A DNA stretch of 61,591 nucleotides from Chromatiales bacterium (GTDB lineage Bacteria; Pseudomonadota; Gammaproteobacteria; Steroidobacterales; BM003), in the NCBI GenBank assembly GCA_002868855.1, contig PKUM01000054.1, positions 1 to 61,591 of the forward strand, in the 5' to 3' direction. The notes beneath the pieces were generated by a model, which did no database searches, was not told the origin of the DNA, and worked only from the letters and a program-made list of their open reading frames with translations. Position numbers and translations under genes: made by a program. This document shows positions 9,107 through 17,736 of this stretch, piece after piece. Positions within the stretch are counted from its first letter, which is position 1; the number at the start of each line of letters is the position of its first letter.

Positions 9107-9664
9107 CTAGATCGTAACCTCGGGCAACTCGCGCTGAGTCGCCAGTTCCAGCGAGAAGTAGGTAGTCTTTGCAAATCCGAACAGTTTCGCCATCAGGTTG
9201 CTCGGAAACGACTCGACCTGTGTGTTGTACTTGCGCACCGAGGAGTTGTAGCGGCGGCGCGCCTGCAGGATTTCCGCTTCAACCTCGTTCAGCGCATTCT
9301 GTAACGAAAGATAGTTCGCGCTGGCCTTGAGGTCCGGATACGACTCGGCAACCGCCAGCACCTGGTTCAGTGCACGCGAAACGCGGCTTTCCTCGGCCTC
9401 GCGATCGTTGAGATTGCCCGGACCGCCGGTGTCCGAACGCTGCCCGGTCACAGCCTCCATCGTTCCAATTTCGTGCTTCGCGTAGGACTGCACTGTACTG
9501 ACAAGATTCGGAATCAGGTTAAACCGGCGTTTGAGCGCGACATCGATGCCGCTCCACTCCTCCTCGATCTGGTTTCGGTACTTGATGAAACTGTTGTACA
9601 TCTGCACGGTGACAAAAAACAGGATCACCGACACGAACACTATGACCGGGGTGAAATCTGACAT
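9107..9664 (-). CDS. lemA: LemA family membrane protein
   Basis: 185 aa. N-terminal TM helix followed by YNSFIKYRNQIEEEWSGIDVALKRRFNLIPNLV, a LemA signature. Confidence 0.85.
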   Translation of the reverse strand: MSDFTPVIVFVSVILFFVTVQMYNSFIKYRNQIEEEWSGIDVALKRRFNLIPNLVSTVQSYAKHEIGTMEAVTGQRSDTGGPGNLNDREAEESRVSRALNQVLAVAESYPDLKASANYLSLQNALNEVEAEILQARRRYNSSVRKYNTQVESFPSNLMAKLFGFAKTTYFSLELATQRELPEVTI

Positions 9665-9842
9665 TTCCGCAAATACCGTTTATGGCCTGCCCGGAAAAAT
9701 AATAGCAGCGTCCGTCGCGAGCGGTTCCGGGCGTCGGCACCGCAGGCTTGATTCTTACGGTATTCCACGCTTGCTCCGTCCGCGACTCTCACCCACACTC
9801 TGCTACAAAGCCAACGACAAGCCAGAGCACAAGGAGCCGCAA

Positions 9843-10355
9843 ATGTCCGAAAACAAGGGCCCGCACTGCCTCACCCCCAACGTCGCCATGGAGTATCTCC
9901 GCGACTCCCCTCTCGGCAATGAGCTCGATTCCGCCGAGCTCGATGCATTGTCGAAAAATGTTTGCGCGCGCGAGCTGGCGGGCGGAGAGTTTCTGATTAA
10001 GGCCGGGACCAGCGACGATTCGGTACACGTGCTTGTCAGCGGGCGCCTCGAGGTGGTGACTCCCTCGCTCGCATCGGAGCCTGTCACGCTGCACGTACTG
10101 AGCCCGGGCGACCTGGCCGGGGAAATGAGCTTTGTCGACGGTACCGAGCACAGCGTTGGCCTGCGCGCGCTCAACGACTGCCGGGTCGTCAGCCTTCAGC
10201 GCCCGGATTTCGAATCGTTGATCGATTCGCATCCACGGCTGATCTACAAAGTCATGCGCGCAATCGTGCGTTCGGCGCACGAAATCGTCACCCGCATGAA
10301 CATGCAGTACGTCGAAATGACTCGCTACTTCTACAAGAGTTCCGGCAGGTACTAG
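9843..10355 (+). CDS. Cyclic-nucleotide-binding domain protein
   Basis: ATG at 9843 preceded by AAGGAG. cNMP-binding-like core FLIKAGTSDDSVHVLVSGRLEV...GDLAGEMSFVDG. Confidence 0.65.
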   Translation: MSENKGPHCLTPNVAMEYLRDSPLGNELDSAELDALSKNVCARELAGGEFLIKAGTSDDSVHVLVSGRLEVVTPSLASEPVTLHVLSPGDLAGEMSFVDGTEHSVGLRALNDCRVVSLQRPDFESLIDSHPRLIYKVMRAIVRSAHEIVTRMNMQYVEMTRYFYKSSGRY

Positions 10356-10364
10356 GCGCACGGA

Positions 10365-11174
10365 GTGACGGAACGGCTGCTCGCATCGGGCACCGCGGGA
10401 CGGGTTGCCGCCGGCGATGTCTGCCTCGCCTATCGCTACGTTGAAGGAGCGCGACGGCAGCCATTGCTGCTGTTCCTGCACGAGGGCCTTGGCTCGATCT
10501 CGCTGTGGCGTGACTTTCCCGATGAGATTTCCGAACGTACCGGTTTGCCCGCGCTGATTTACGACCGCGCCGGGCACGGCGGCTCCGGCCCGTTGCCGTG
10601 CAGTCGCGATCCCCGATACCTTCACGACTATGCATGGCGGGAACTACCCGCATTGTTAGAGGCATTCAATGAGGCACGCCCGCTGATACTCATCGGGCAC
10701 AGTGACGGTGGCACGATCGCTCTCCTGTTTGCCGCCCGGTATCCGAACCGGGTCATCGGCCTGGCCACTCTGGCGGCGCATGTTTGCGTTGAAAATGAGA
10801 CGCTCGAGGGTATTCGCCAGGCCACTGCCGAGTATCGGCGTGGCGCACTAAGGGACCGGCTCGAACGCCATCACGGCGACAAGACGGACAGGTTATTCCA
10901 TGCGTGGAGCGACACCTGGCTCGACACCGGTTTTCTCGGCTGGAACATCGAGAGCTACCTCACCCGGGTCGCGTGCCCGGTGCTGGCACTGCAGGGCGCG
11001 GACGACGAATACGGCACCCCGGACCAGCTGCACTCGATACAGACACATGTCAGCGGCCCATGCGAGACGACACTTATTCCCGACTGCGGACATTCGCCTC
11101 AGTTTCAGTCGCGCCCGACCACGGCAAACAAAATCGTCGGATTCGTCGCTGCGCTGGATCCAGCGGCAGCATGA
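10365..11174 (+). CDS. Alpha/beta hydrolase
   Basis: 269 aa with a GTG start. Motifs LLLFLHEGLGS, nucleophile elbow GHSDGG and C-terminal CGHSPQ. Confidence 0.8.
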   Translation: MTERLLASGTAGRVAAGDVCLAYRYVEGARRQPLLLFLHEGLGSISLWRDFPDEISERTGLPALIYDRAGHGGSGPLPCSRDPRYLHDYAWRELPALLEAFNEARPLILIGHSDGGTIALLFAARYPNRVIGLATLAAHVCVENETLEGIRQATAEYRRGALRDRLERHHGDKTDRLFHAWSDTWLDTGFLGWNIESYLTRVACPVLALQGADDEYGTPDQLHSIQTHVSGPCETTLIPDCGHSPQFQSRPTTANKIVGFVAALDPAAA

Positions 11175-11234
11175 CAACACCGGGCGCAGATGGACCCGGC
11201 TGGCGTTCGTTTGACACCGGTCTAGACTGAGGAG

Positions 11235-11939
11235 ATGGAATCTTCGCCCGTGTGTGCAATTGTCGGGGTCGGCGCCGGTAACGGCGCCGCATTTGCCCGT
11301 GCATTCACCGCCGCCGGCCACCGTTGCGCGCTCGTCGCGCGCAGCCCGGGTTTCAGTGGCGACCTGGCGGCGCAACTCCCGGGCGCACGCGCTTACGAGT
11401 GCGACGTCACAGCGCCGCCGCGGATCGAATCGACGTTCGCCGCCATCGCTGCGGATCTCGGTGCCGTGGACGTGCTGGTCTACAACGCCGGCTCCGGCAG
11501 GTTCGGCAACGTCAGCGACATTGACGCCGCGGCGCTGGAGCAGGCCTGGCAGATCAACACCCGCGGGTTGCTGGTCGCGGCACAACAGGTGCTACCGGCC
11601 ATGAAGCGGCGCGGCTGCGGCAACATCGTCGTGGTTGGCGCCACCGCTTCGTTGCGTGGCGGTGAAAATTTCGCCGCATTCGCCTCTGCCAAGGCGGCAC
11701 AACGCAGCCTCGCGCAATCGATGGCGCGGCATCTGGGGCCACAGGGAGTCCACGTATCGTTGCTTATTGTCGATGGCGTAATCGATATCCCCCGCACCCG
11801 CAAAATGTTTCCGGAGCGGCCGCATGAGCTGTTTCTGAATCCGGATGACATTGCCGCAACGGCGCTGTTTCTGACCCGGCAGCCGCGGAACGCATGGACA
11901 TTCGAAGTCGATTTGCGTCCGTCGGCGGAAAACTGGTAG
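11235..11939 (+). CDS. Short-chain dehydrogenase/reductase (SDR) family protein
   Basis: Rossmann motif VGVGAGNGAAF and NAG motif. The expected YxxxK reads FASAK, with Phe at the Tyr position. Confidence 0.75.
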   Translation: MESSPVCAIVGVGAGNGAAFARAFTAAGHRCALVARSPGFSGDLAAQLPGARAYECDVTAPPRIESTFAAIAADLGAVDVLVYNAGSGRFGNVSDIDAAALEQAWQINTRGLLVAAQQVLPAMKRRGCGNIVVVGATASLRGGENFAAFASAKAAQRSLAQSMARHLGPQGVHVSLLIVDGVIDIPRTRKMFPERPHELFLNPDDIAATALFLTRQPRNAWTFEVDLRPSAENW

Positions 11940-12283
11940 AACGTACTCCCGGCGGCAGACACGCGCACCGGAAGATAATAAGCAGGGAACAGGGATCTGG
12001 GAGAAGTTTCATGGAAAGAAACGCTATCTTCGGTGGCCGCTGTCAGGTCTACACCGACAAAACGCAACGACCAGCGGGACAACCACTTCCGCCGTGCAGT
12101 ATATTGCTGTCAGCAGTTGCGGCTGCCGACGGCGCGCGGGCAAAAGCCGATCGCCATACCCGGCAAAAGCCGCGGGTTCTTTCGCTCAGGCACGGGGAGT
12201 AGGCCCGCCTGCGCACGACGCCATCGCTCAGGGTTTCCAGGGTCTTTGACTGATACGATTTTCTCGGAGCAAAACCTCGACAG

Positions 12284-13162
12284 ATGATTAGCAAGTTTTT
12301 CAGGACTGGCGCAACGGCCATTGCCGCTGCTTTGATTGTCGCGGCCTGCGCAAGCGCCAGCATCAGCCTTCCACCGATCACCTCTAAGCCATCCGGGCTG
12401 GAACGGTTCGGGGTTTTCGTGTGGCACGATCTTTTAACGACCGATCCAGATGCGGCCAAGCGCTTCTACGGCGGGCTGTTCGGCTGGGCATTCACGGATT
12501 TCGACGTCGGGCGCGATGGCAGCTACACAGTGATCTATAACGGCGAAACGCCGATTGGCGGGATCGTCGACGCCCGTCAGTTCAATGCCGGCATCAACGT
12601 TTCGCAATGGATTCCGGTGTTGTCCGTAGCCGATGTCGATGCGGCAGTGGCAACGACGCTGGCCGCTGGCGGGCGGACGTTCGCCGACCCGGTAGATATC
12701 GAGGGACGCGGCCGGATGGCGGTCATCGGCGATCCGCAGGGCGCGGTGATGTCACTGTTGCGCTCCGCCTCCGGCGATCCACGTTACGACGATCTCTCGA
12801 TCGGCGGATTTGTCTGGAACGAAATCTGGACCGACAACATTCCAGGCGCGCTGGATTTCTACTCCCGGGTCGCCGGTTACAACCGCGCGCAGGCCAGTAT
12901 CCGCAACGGCGAAACGTATCATTATCTAAGCCAGGCAACCGTGCCGGTTGCCGGTGTGCTGCAGAACCCGATTCCCGACCTGAGAACCAGCTGGGTAAGC
13001 TATATTGGTGTGCGCGATGTCGATGACATTCTGACTCGCGTCGAAGGACTTGGCGGTAGAATTATCGTCGATACGATCGAGATGGCGGGCACCAGCGATG
13101 CCGCCGCAATCGTCGACCCGAGCGGCGCCGGCCTGATGCTGCAGACCTGGCCGCTGAAGTAG
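12284..13162 (+). CDS. Lipoprotein with tandem VOC (glyoxalase/bleomycin-resistance fold) domains
   Basis: Lipobox IVAACAS. Two VOC-like halves: FVWHDLLTTDPDAAKRFYGGLFGW... and FVWNEIWTDNIPGALDFYSRVAGY... Confidence 0.7.
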   Translation: MISKFFRTGATAIAAALIVAACASASISLPPITSKPSGLERFGVFVWHDLLTTDPDAAKRFYGGLFGWAFTDFDVGRDGSYTVIYNGETPIGGIVDARQFNAGINVSQWIPVLSVADVDAAVATTLAAGGRTFADPVDIEGRGRMAVIGDPQGAVMSLLRSASGDPRYDDLSIGGFVWNEIWTDNIPGALDFYSRVAGYNRAQASIRNGETYHYLSQATVPVAGVLQNPIPDLRTSWVSYIGVRDVDDILTRVEGLGGRIIVDTIEMAGTSDAAAIVDPSGAGLMLQTWPLK

Positions 13163-13177
13163 AAAAGGGAGAGAAGC

Positions 13178-13345
13178 ATGCAACGATTACGTCGTATTCT
13201 GGCCATGCTCGCGCTGGTCGGTACCTGTGCATTACTGAGCGGGTGCAATCCCAATGTGTATGCCGGTGTCGATATAGGGGGGCCGTGGGTCGATCTCGGA
13301 CCGGTCAGCATGGGAGGCAGCATTCACATTGGCGGGCGGTTATAG
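13178..13345 (+). CDS. Small lipoprotein, 55 aa (not in the ORF track)
   Basis: ATG at 13178, 6 nt after GGGAGAG. MQRLRRILAMLALVGTCALLSGC has a classic lipobox. Stop TAG at 13343-13345. Confidence 0.55.
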   Translation: MQRLRRILAMLALVGTCALLSGCNPNVYAGVDIGGPWVDLGPVSMGGSIHIGGRL

Positions 13346-13394
13346 CCGCCTGTCGCGTCAGGAAGTTGCAGGATAAAATTCCAAGGAGAAAAAG

Positions 13395-13802
13395 ATGAAG
13401 ATCAGGAGATTCATTGCAGTGTTGGCCACCGGTTTGTTGTTTGCGATGGGCGCTCAGGCCCAGGACAGCGTCGGCGCAATGGTTAAAGAAGCTTGCCAGG
13501 CCGATCTCGACAAATACTGCCCGAATGTAAAACCCGGTGAGCAGCGTCTGCTGGCGTGTATCTACGCTCACGAGGACAAGATCTCGAATCGTTGCACCTA
13601 CGCGTTGTACGACGCAGCCATTGCGCTCGAGCGCGCCGTCGCCGGTCTCACCTACGTCGCGCAACAATGCGAAGCCGATATCGAGAAGCTGTGCGGAACA
13701 GTGACCCCTGGCGAGGGTCGGATTCTGGCCTGCCTCGACAGCAAGAAATCCGATGTGTCGGACCTTTGTAAACAAGCCGTGAAAGACGTTATGGCCGACT
13801 AA
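13395..13802 (+). CDS. Secreted cysteine-rich repeat protein (two internal repeats)
   Basis: AAGGAGAAAAAG lies just upstream of the ATG, and there is a signal peptide. Two copies of C.aD..K.C..V.PGE.R.LAC.......S..C are present. Confidence 0.7.
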   Translation: MKIRRFIAVLATGLLFAMGAQAQDSVGAMVKEACQADLDKYCPNVKPGEQRLLACIYAHEDKISNRCTYALYDAAIALERAVAGLTYVAQQCEADIEKLCGTVTPGEGRILACLDSKKSDVSDLCKQAVKDVMAD

Positions 13803-13867
13803 AACGAACCTGTCGCCGCACCCGACTCATTCAATGACGGTGCGGCGGCCGTTCACCGGGATCAGAC

Positions 13868-14332
13868 ATGAAACAGTTTATTTTGTTCGCAATAGCCGCC
13901 GTATTGCTTTGCGCCTGTGGCGGCGGTGAGCGGGCGGCCAGCGAATCAGGCTCGGCCACAGAAAACAAGGACGCGACGATGTCTGGCAGCGAAACCGAAT
14001 CGGGCCTGGCACAACTGGCCGGCGACTGGACCCTGACCGAGATCATCGGCACCGAACTTCCGGAGGGCGTGCCTGCTCCGAACCTGACGGTTGCCGCGGA
14101 CGGCATGGTCAGTGGCAGGAGCGGCGTGAATCGCTTCACCGGCAAGCTGAGCGACGACTCGGATGTTCTGTTCGGCCCGATGGCAACCACGCGCATGGCC
14201 GGTCCCCCGGCAGCTATGCAACTGGAGGATGCATTCCTGAAAGCCATGACCGAGGCCAGTTCCTACACAGTGAACGGGGACGAACTCGTTATCAGCGCAG
14301 CAAGCGGCCCGCTGCTGCGGTTCGAACGCTGA
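13868..14332 (+). CDS. META (HslJ-like) domain lipoprotein
   Basis: Lipobox LLCACGG. Motifs GDWTLTEI, GRSGVNRFTG, GPMATTRMAG and AMQLEDAFLKAM are typical of META domains. Confidence 0.75.
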   Translation: MKQFILFAIAAVLLCACGGGERAASESGSATENKDATMSGSETESGLAQLAGDWTLTEIIGTELPEGVPAPNLTVAADGMVSGRSGVNRFTGKLSDDSDVLFGPMATTRMAGPPAAMQLEDAFLKAMTEASSYTVNGDELVISAASGPLLRFER

Positions 14333-14333
14333 T

Positions 14334-15308
14334 TCAGCGCGCGGACCTGGCAACGGCGCCGGGTTCGTAGCGTTGCAGTTCTCCGTCCGGTCCGGCTATC
14401 TGCCGCGGCAGGCGCCCTGAATCGATCTGCCGCTCGAAGTCCGGCGCTGCTCGCGCCGAAACACTGACAACGCCGTTGTCGATCTCGATCAGTACAAAAC
14501 TGAACTCCGACTTGATATCCGAGCCGCTGAACCGGCGGATATTGCCCCCTAGTACCCCGGCGCTGACATGCAGCACACCGTTGTCGTCGATACCGGGGTA
14601 AAAAACATGATGATGCCCGCTTACCAGCATGGCGACATCGTGCGCCGCTAGCTGCTGTGCCAACCGAGAGTCGCGTAGTATCTCGGTCTCCCTGCCCTGG
14701 GCAAATGGCCACAACGGAAGATGGCAGAACACAATTCGTGTATCGAAGCGCTCGCCGTGCGCTGCCAGGACTGCCTCCAGGAACTCGCGTTGCGCCATCG
14801 GCAATGGCGACACCGTAGTGACGTCCAGCCCGATGATTAGTACTTTGCCAACGGCGACCGCGTAGTTGAGCGGATACGAATCGGCGGCGACAAACTCGAC
14901 GGCCGGGCGGCGCGTGCTCCACTCGTCGACAAAAATCTCCCGCTCGGCAGCGAAAACCGGATAGGCCGAGCCGTCGTGATTGCCAGGCGTCACCGCCAGC
15001 GGAATGCCGGCAGCGGCCAGTGGATCAGTCACATGCTGATGAAACGATGCCCACATGGCACGCACCTGCTCGCGGCTCAACAACGGCTGGCGTTGGCCAG
15101 CGACCATATCGCCGGCGGACAAAACCACGTCCGGCTGCAATTCAACGATTGCCGCGACAGCCGCATCAACACGTGCATGGTAACGGGTCGAACCATAACT
15201 GCCGTTCAGATCCGTGATTACCGCAATCGTCTCGCCCCGGGCCTGGCCGGCCAGACCGCAGAGCAGGACCGCGGCGACGCCGAACCAGAGGCTAATGTCA
15301 GTTTTCAT
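14334..15308 (-). CDS. Secreted metallophosphoesterase (calcineurin-like)
   Basis: ATG at 15308 (MKTDISLWFGVAAVLLCGLAGQARG). Motifs AGDMV, GNHD and SGHHHVF. The start overlaps the upstream gene's stop by 11 nt. Confidence 0.8.
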   Translation of the reverse strand: MKTDISLWFGVAAVLLCGLAGQARGETIAVITDLNGSYGSTRYHARVDAAVAAIVELQPDVVLSAGDMVAGQRQPLLSREQVRAMWASFHQHVTDPLAAAGIPLAVTPGNHDGSAYPVFAAEREIFVDEWSTRRPAVEFVAADSYPLNYAVAVGKVLIIGLDVTTVSPLPMAQREFLEAVLAAHGERFDTRIVFCHLPLWPFAQGRETEILRDSRLAQQLAAHDVAMLVSGHHHVFYPGIDDNGVLHVSAGVLGGNIRRFSGSDIKSEFSFVLIEIDNGVVSVSARAAPDFERQIDSGRLPRQIAGPDGELQRYEPGAVARSAR

Positions 15309-16788
15309 TTTGCATAGTGTCCAGCTTCTTTCCGGATTCGCAGTCGACGCTGGTTGCGGCAACCTCCCCATCGCGGATCAACAACTCGGGATCGAGGTCA
15401 AACCTGAGTTCGCCCGAGGCGCATTCGTCGCTCAGGATCGCGAATGCTTTTTTGACCTGCCGCGACAAGTGAACGAGATATTTGTCAGACAAGCCAAAGT
15501 TCCGTGCGGTGAACTGGAAGAGTTCACCCTGTTCGGCAAAATCCCGGGACAGCCTTGCAATGCGGCCGTAGAGGTCCGCGTTGAAATGACGCAGCCCATC
15601 AAGCATACCGGTCTTTTCGGCATAATTGACGTAAGCGGAGCGGCCGCCGGCATCGTTGTCGTTGATACGCGAACGCTTTAGACGTAGCGGTGCGTAGGCC
15701 GCGATATCCGCCGGCACCGATGGCTCCGCCGCCAAGCGCGTCATGAACTGTCCGTCCTGCCACCAGTGCCAGAGGAACTGGTAGTCGACGTTGCCGATGC
15801 GATCCTGCTGGTTGAAAAGATAATCCAGCCATACGACCTCGGTCAGTTCCTGCATCCAGAAAGCAACCTGGGCCGGGGCGACAGCACCGTTCAGGGCCCT
15901 CGCCATCTCGGGTTCGGCTCGCGCCTCGGCAATACCGGCGGCGATCGCTTCCGCCAGCGTCCCCTCCGAGCGCAGGGCGATAAACGGTGCGGTCCGTTGA
16001 AAATCGCGCGACTGGCCAACGCCCCAGCCTGACGCTCGCGTGCCATTGATGGCGGCGCCGTAGCGGCTTCCAGCCTCGAGCAACAGCACCCCGTAGACCC
16101 GCGCTGCGTCCGGCGTAATCACTTCGGCGCGATGGCGGTAGGCACCGGGGTCGGAGTCAGCGTCACGCAAGTGACTCCATCCGGCATGGATCATCTTCAG
16201 TTCGCTTCGGTCTGCGGTGAGACGGATTCCGGGTTCAACGACCCGCTCCCGATGCACGACCCGGTCCATGCTGCGGTAAACGGCCACCGGAACCCCGACC
16301 CGGCTCTGCAGGTATCGCGAGAAATGGTAGTAAAGCAGCGAAGATTGCGAATAGGTGGCACTCGTGTCCACCGCATTCATCGATACCTTGTAAATCGCCA
16401 GTTCGCGCCGTGCCGATTTTCGCGCCGAGCCGCCACGGGGGCAGATGTCGCGTTCGAACCCCGACGCATTGTCCTCAAAAGGCGTTTGCGCGATATCGTA
16501 GACCAGCATCGCCGGACTGGTACTCCAGGTCTTGGGGCAAACCGCCGTGTTGGCGGCATAAAAATCGATTTCGCAAAAACGCTGCTCCCACTGCCGGTCG
16601 GACTCGCTGTAAACGGCATCCGGCATATGGGCAAGCGCGATACAACTCTCGGCCGTGTCGCGGGTCGAGACGAACACCGGGCCACTGCCGCCAACGGCTT
16701 CGCTGATCTCCGCCTGCGCCGTCACTGACAACGCCAGCATCACCCAACCTGCCGGTACCAACCGCCGGTGATTGTTTCGCGGTGCCAT
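15298..16788 (-). CDS. Secreted hypothetical protein with atypical (FAM20/four-jointed-like) kinase motifs
   Basis: ATG at 16788 inside track ORF 15298..17118. Signal peptide MAPRNNHRRLVPAGWVMLALSVTAQA and 6 Cys. Motifs AIYKV, YYHFSRYLQSRVGVPVAVYR, LDYLFNQQDRIGNVDY and RINDNDAGG. Confidence 0.6.
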   Translation of the reverse strand: MAPRNNHRRLVPAGWVMLALSVTAQAEISEAVGGSGPVFVSTRDTAESCIALAHMPDAVYSESDRQWEQRFCEIDFYAANTAVCPKTWSTSPAMLVYDIAQTPFEDNASGFERDICPRGGSARKSARRELAIYKVSMNAVDTSATYSQSSLLYYHFSRYLQSRVGVPVAVYRSMDRVVHRERVVEPGIRLTADRSELKMIHAGWSHLRDADSDPGAYRHRAEVITPDAARVYGVLLLEAGSRYGAAINGTRASGWGVGQSRDFQRTAPFIALRSEGTLAEAIAAGIAEARAEPEMARALNGAVAPAQVAFWMQELTEVVWLDYLFNQQDRIGNVDYQFLWHWWQDGQFMTRLAAEPSVPADIAAYAPLRLKRSRINDNDAGGRSAYVNYAEKTGMLDGLRHFNADLYGRIARLSRDFAEQGELFQFTARNFGLSDKYLVHLSRQVKKAFAILSDECASGELRFDLDPELLIRDGEVAATSVDCESGKKLDTMQNEN

Positions 16789-17041
16789 CCACAAGCCCTC
16801 TTTGCCGATCCGGAATCGTTTGCCGCAGAAACTGAATAATACAGCCAGATACGGCAACGTGTTTTCGCGGCGCGAGCCGTCCGCGACTACATTCCTGCGG
16901 CCACCGAAGCGGCGGATCATCAAAACTGCCAACCGCGTCACGGATATCGGAATCGGGATGGCCCAGCATCGAAGCTGGGGTTTTTGCGGGATACAACAAA
17001 TGCTCAATGCGACGTCGATGTTCGGTAACGCCGCGGACATT

Positions 17042-17470
17042 ATGAGTGGCAAGCGGTGCGAGCCACTGCATGAGTTTCTGGATGCATTCGAAGCACGCCC
17101 AAGCAGGGCCCTGGACAACCCGTCAGATCCTGAACTGCCCGCACTGGCCAGTCACGAAAAGCACGAATTCGACTGGAGCGGTTCACGCGTAGGCTCGGTC
17201 GAGGTGATCCACAGTGGCGGCGAACCACTACAGCTCGCGGTCAGCCTGCCCTACCCGAAGCGGCGCTGGTTCTCGCCACGCCGCAAAGACTGGAAGAAGC
17301 TGGCCGATATCGCCGAGGACCGGTTCGGTCCGGGGCAAAAAATCGAGGTCGCCGGCAAAACCGGGCTGCACTTTCGCGAACGCAACCTCCTCGCCCTGAT
17401 CTGCCGCTACGACAACGGCAGCGAGTCGTTTATCGAGGTGAAACTCGCAAGCGGACGATTCTGGCGTTGA
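17042..17470 (+). CDS. Hypothetical protein (start uncertain; alternative ATG at 17000)
   Basis: Only the 3' part of track ORF 16772..17470 lies outside the neighbouring gene. The codon pattern looks coding, but I recognise no motif. Confidence 0.4.
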   Translation: MSGKRCEPLHEFLDAFEARPSRALDNPSDPELPALASHEKHEFDWSGSRVGSVEVIHSGGEPLQLAVSLPYPKRRWFSPRRKDWKKLADIAEDRFGPGQKIEVAGKTGLHFRERNLLALICRYDNGSESFIEVKLASGRFWR

Positions 17471-17644
17471 CCGCGTCGCAAAACCCGGATTAATAGTCTC
17501 CAAATCCCGGTTTTCTTGAGCTATTTCACATATTCCCGCGTGGGACATTCGTACCATCGATGTGCGCAGATGGGCTATATCCGTTTGCCGGGCGGAGATT
17601 GAAGTTTGGTCATCTCCGTTTCGGGCCAGGGAGGCATCCCGGGC

Positions 17645-17725
17645 TGCGACAAAGGCAACCCCGTCGCAAGACGGGGACGCAAAGCCACAGATCTCTGCGA
17701 GGAGATGGCTGGGCTGCCGACAACC
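17645..17725 (+). promoter_or_regulatory. c-di-GMP-I (GEMM-I) riboswitch-like aptamer
   Basis: AAAGGCAACC, then 7-bp hairpin CCCCGTC-GCAA-GACGGGG (17659-17676), then ACGCAAAGCC (17677-17686). A bulged hairpin CAGATCTC...GAGAT(GG)CTG follows at 17688-17711, then GGGCTGCCGA. GGCA (17654-57) can pair with TGCC (17715-18). The element ends 8-10 nt before the GAGG SD of the pilin gene. Confidence 0.7.
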
Positions 17726-17736
17726 TGAGGAAAACA

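Noticed and set aside
16772-17041. N-terminal 90 codons of track ORF 16772..17470.
   Set aside because: This part overlaps the start region of the divergent kinase-like gene and its promoter space. Only the part from 17000/17042 onward is kept, at low confidence.
17590-17625. Hairpin CGGAGAT-(12 nt)-ATCTCCG followed by TTT, considered as a terminator of the upstream hypothetical gene or as part of the riboswitch expression platform.
   Set aside because: The stem is short, the loop is large and the U-tract is only 3 nt. It lies upstream of the aptamer, so it cannot be the riboswitch terminator.
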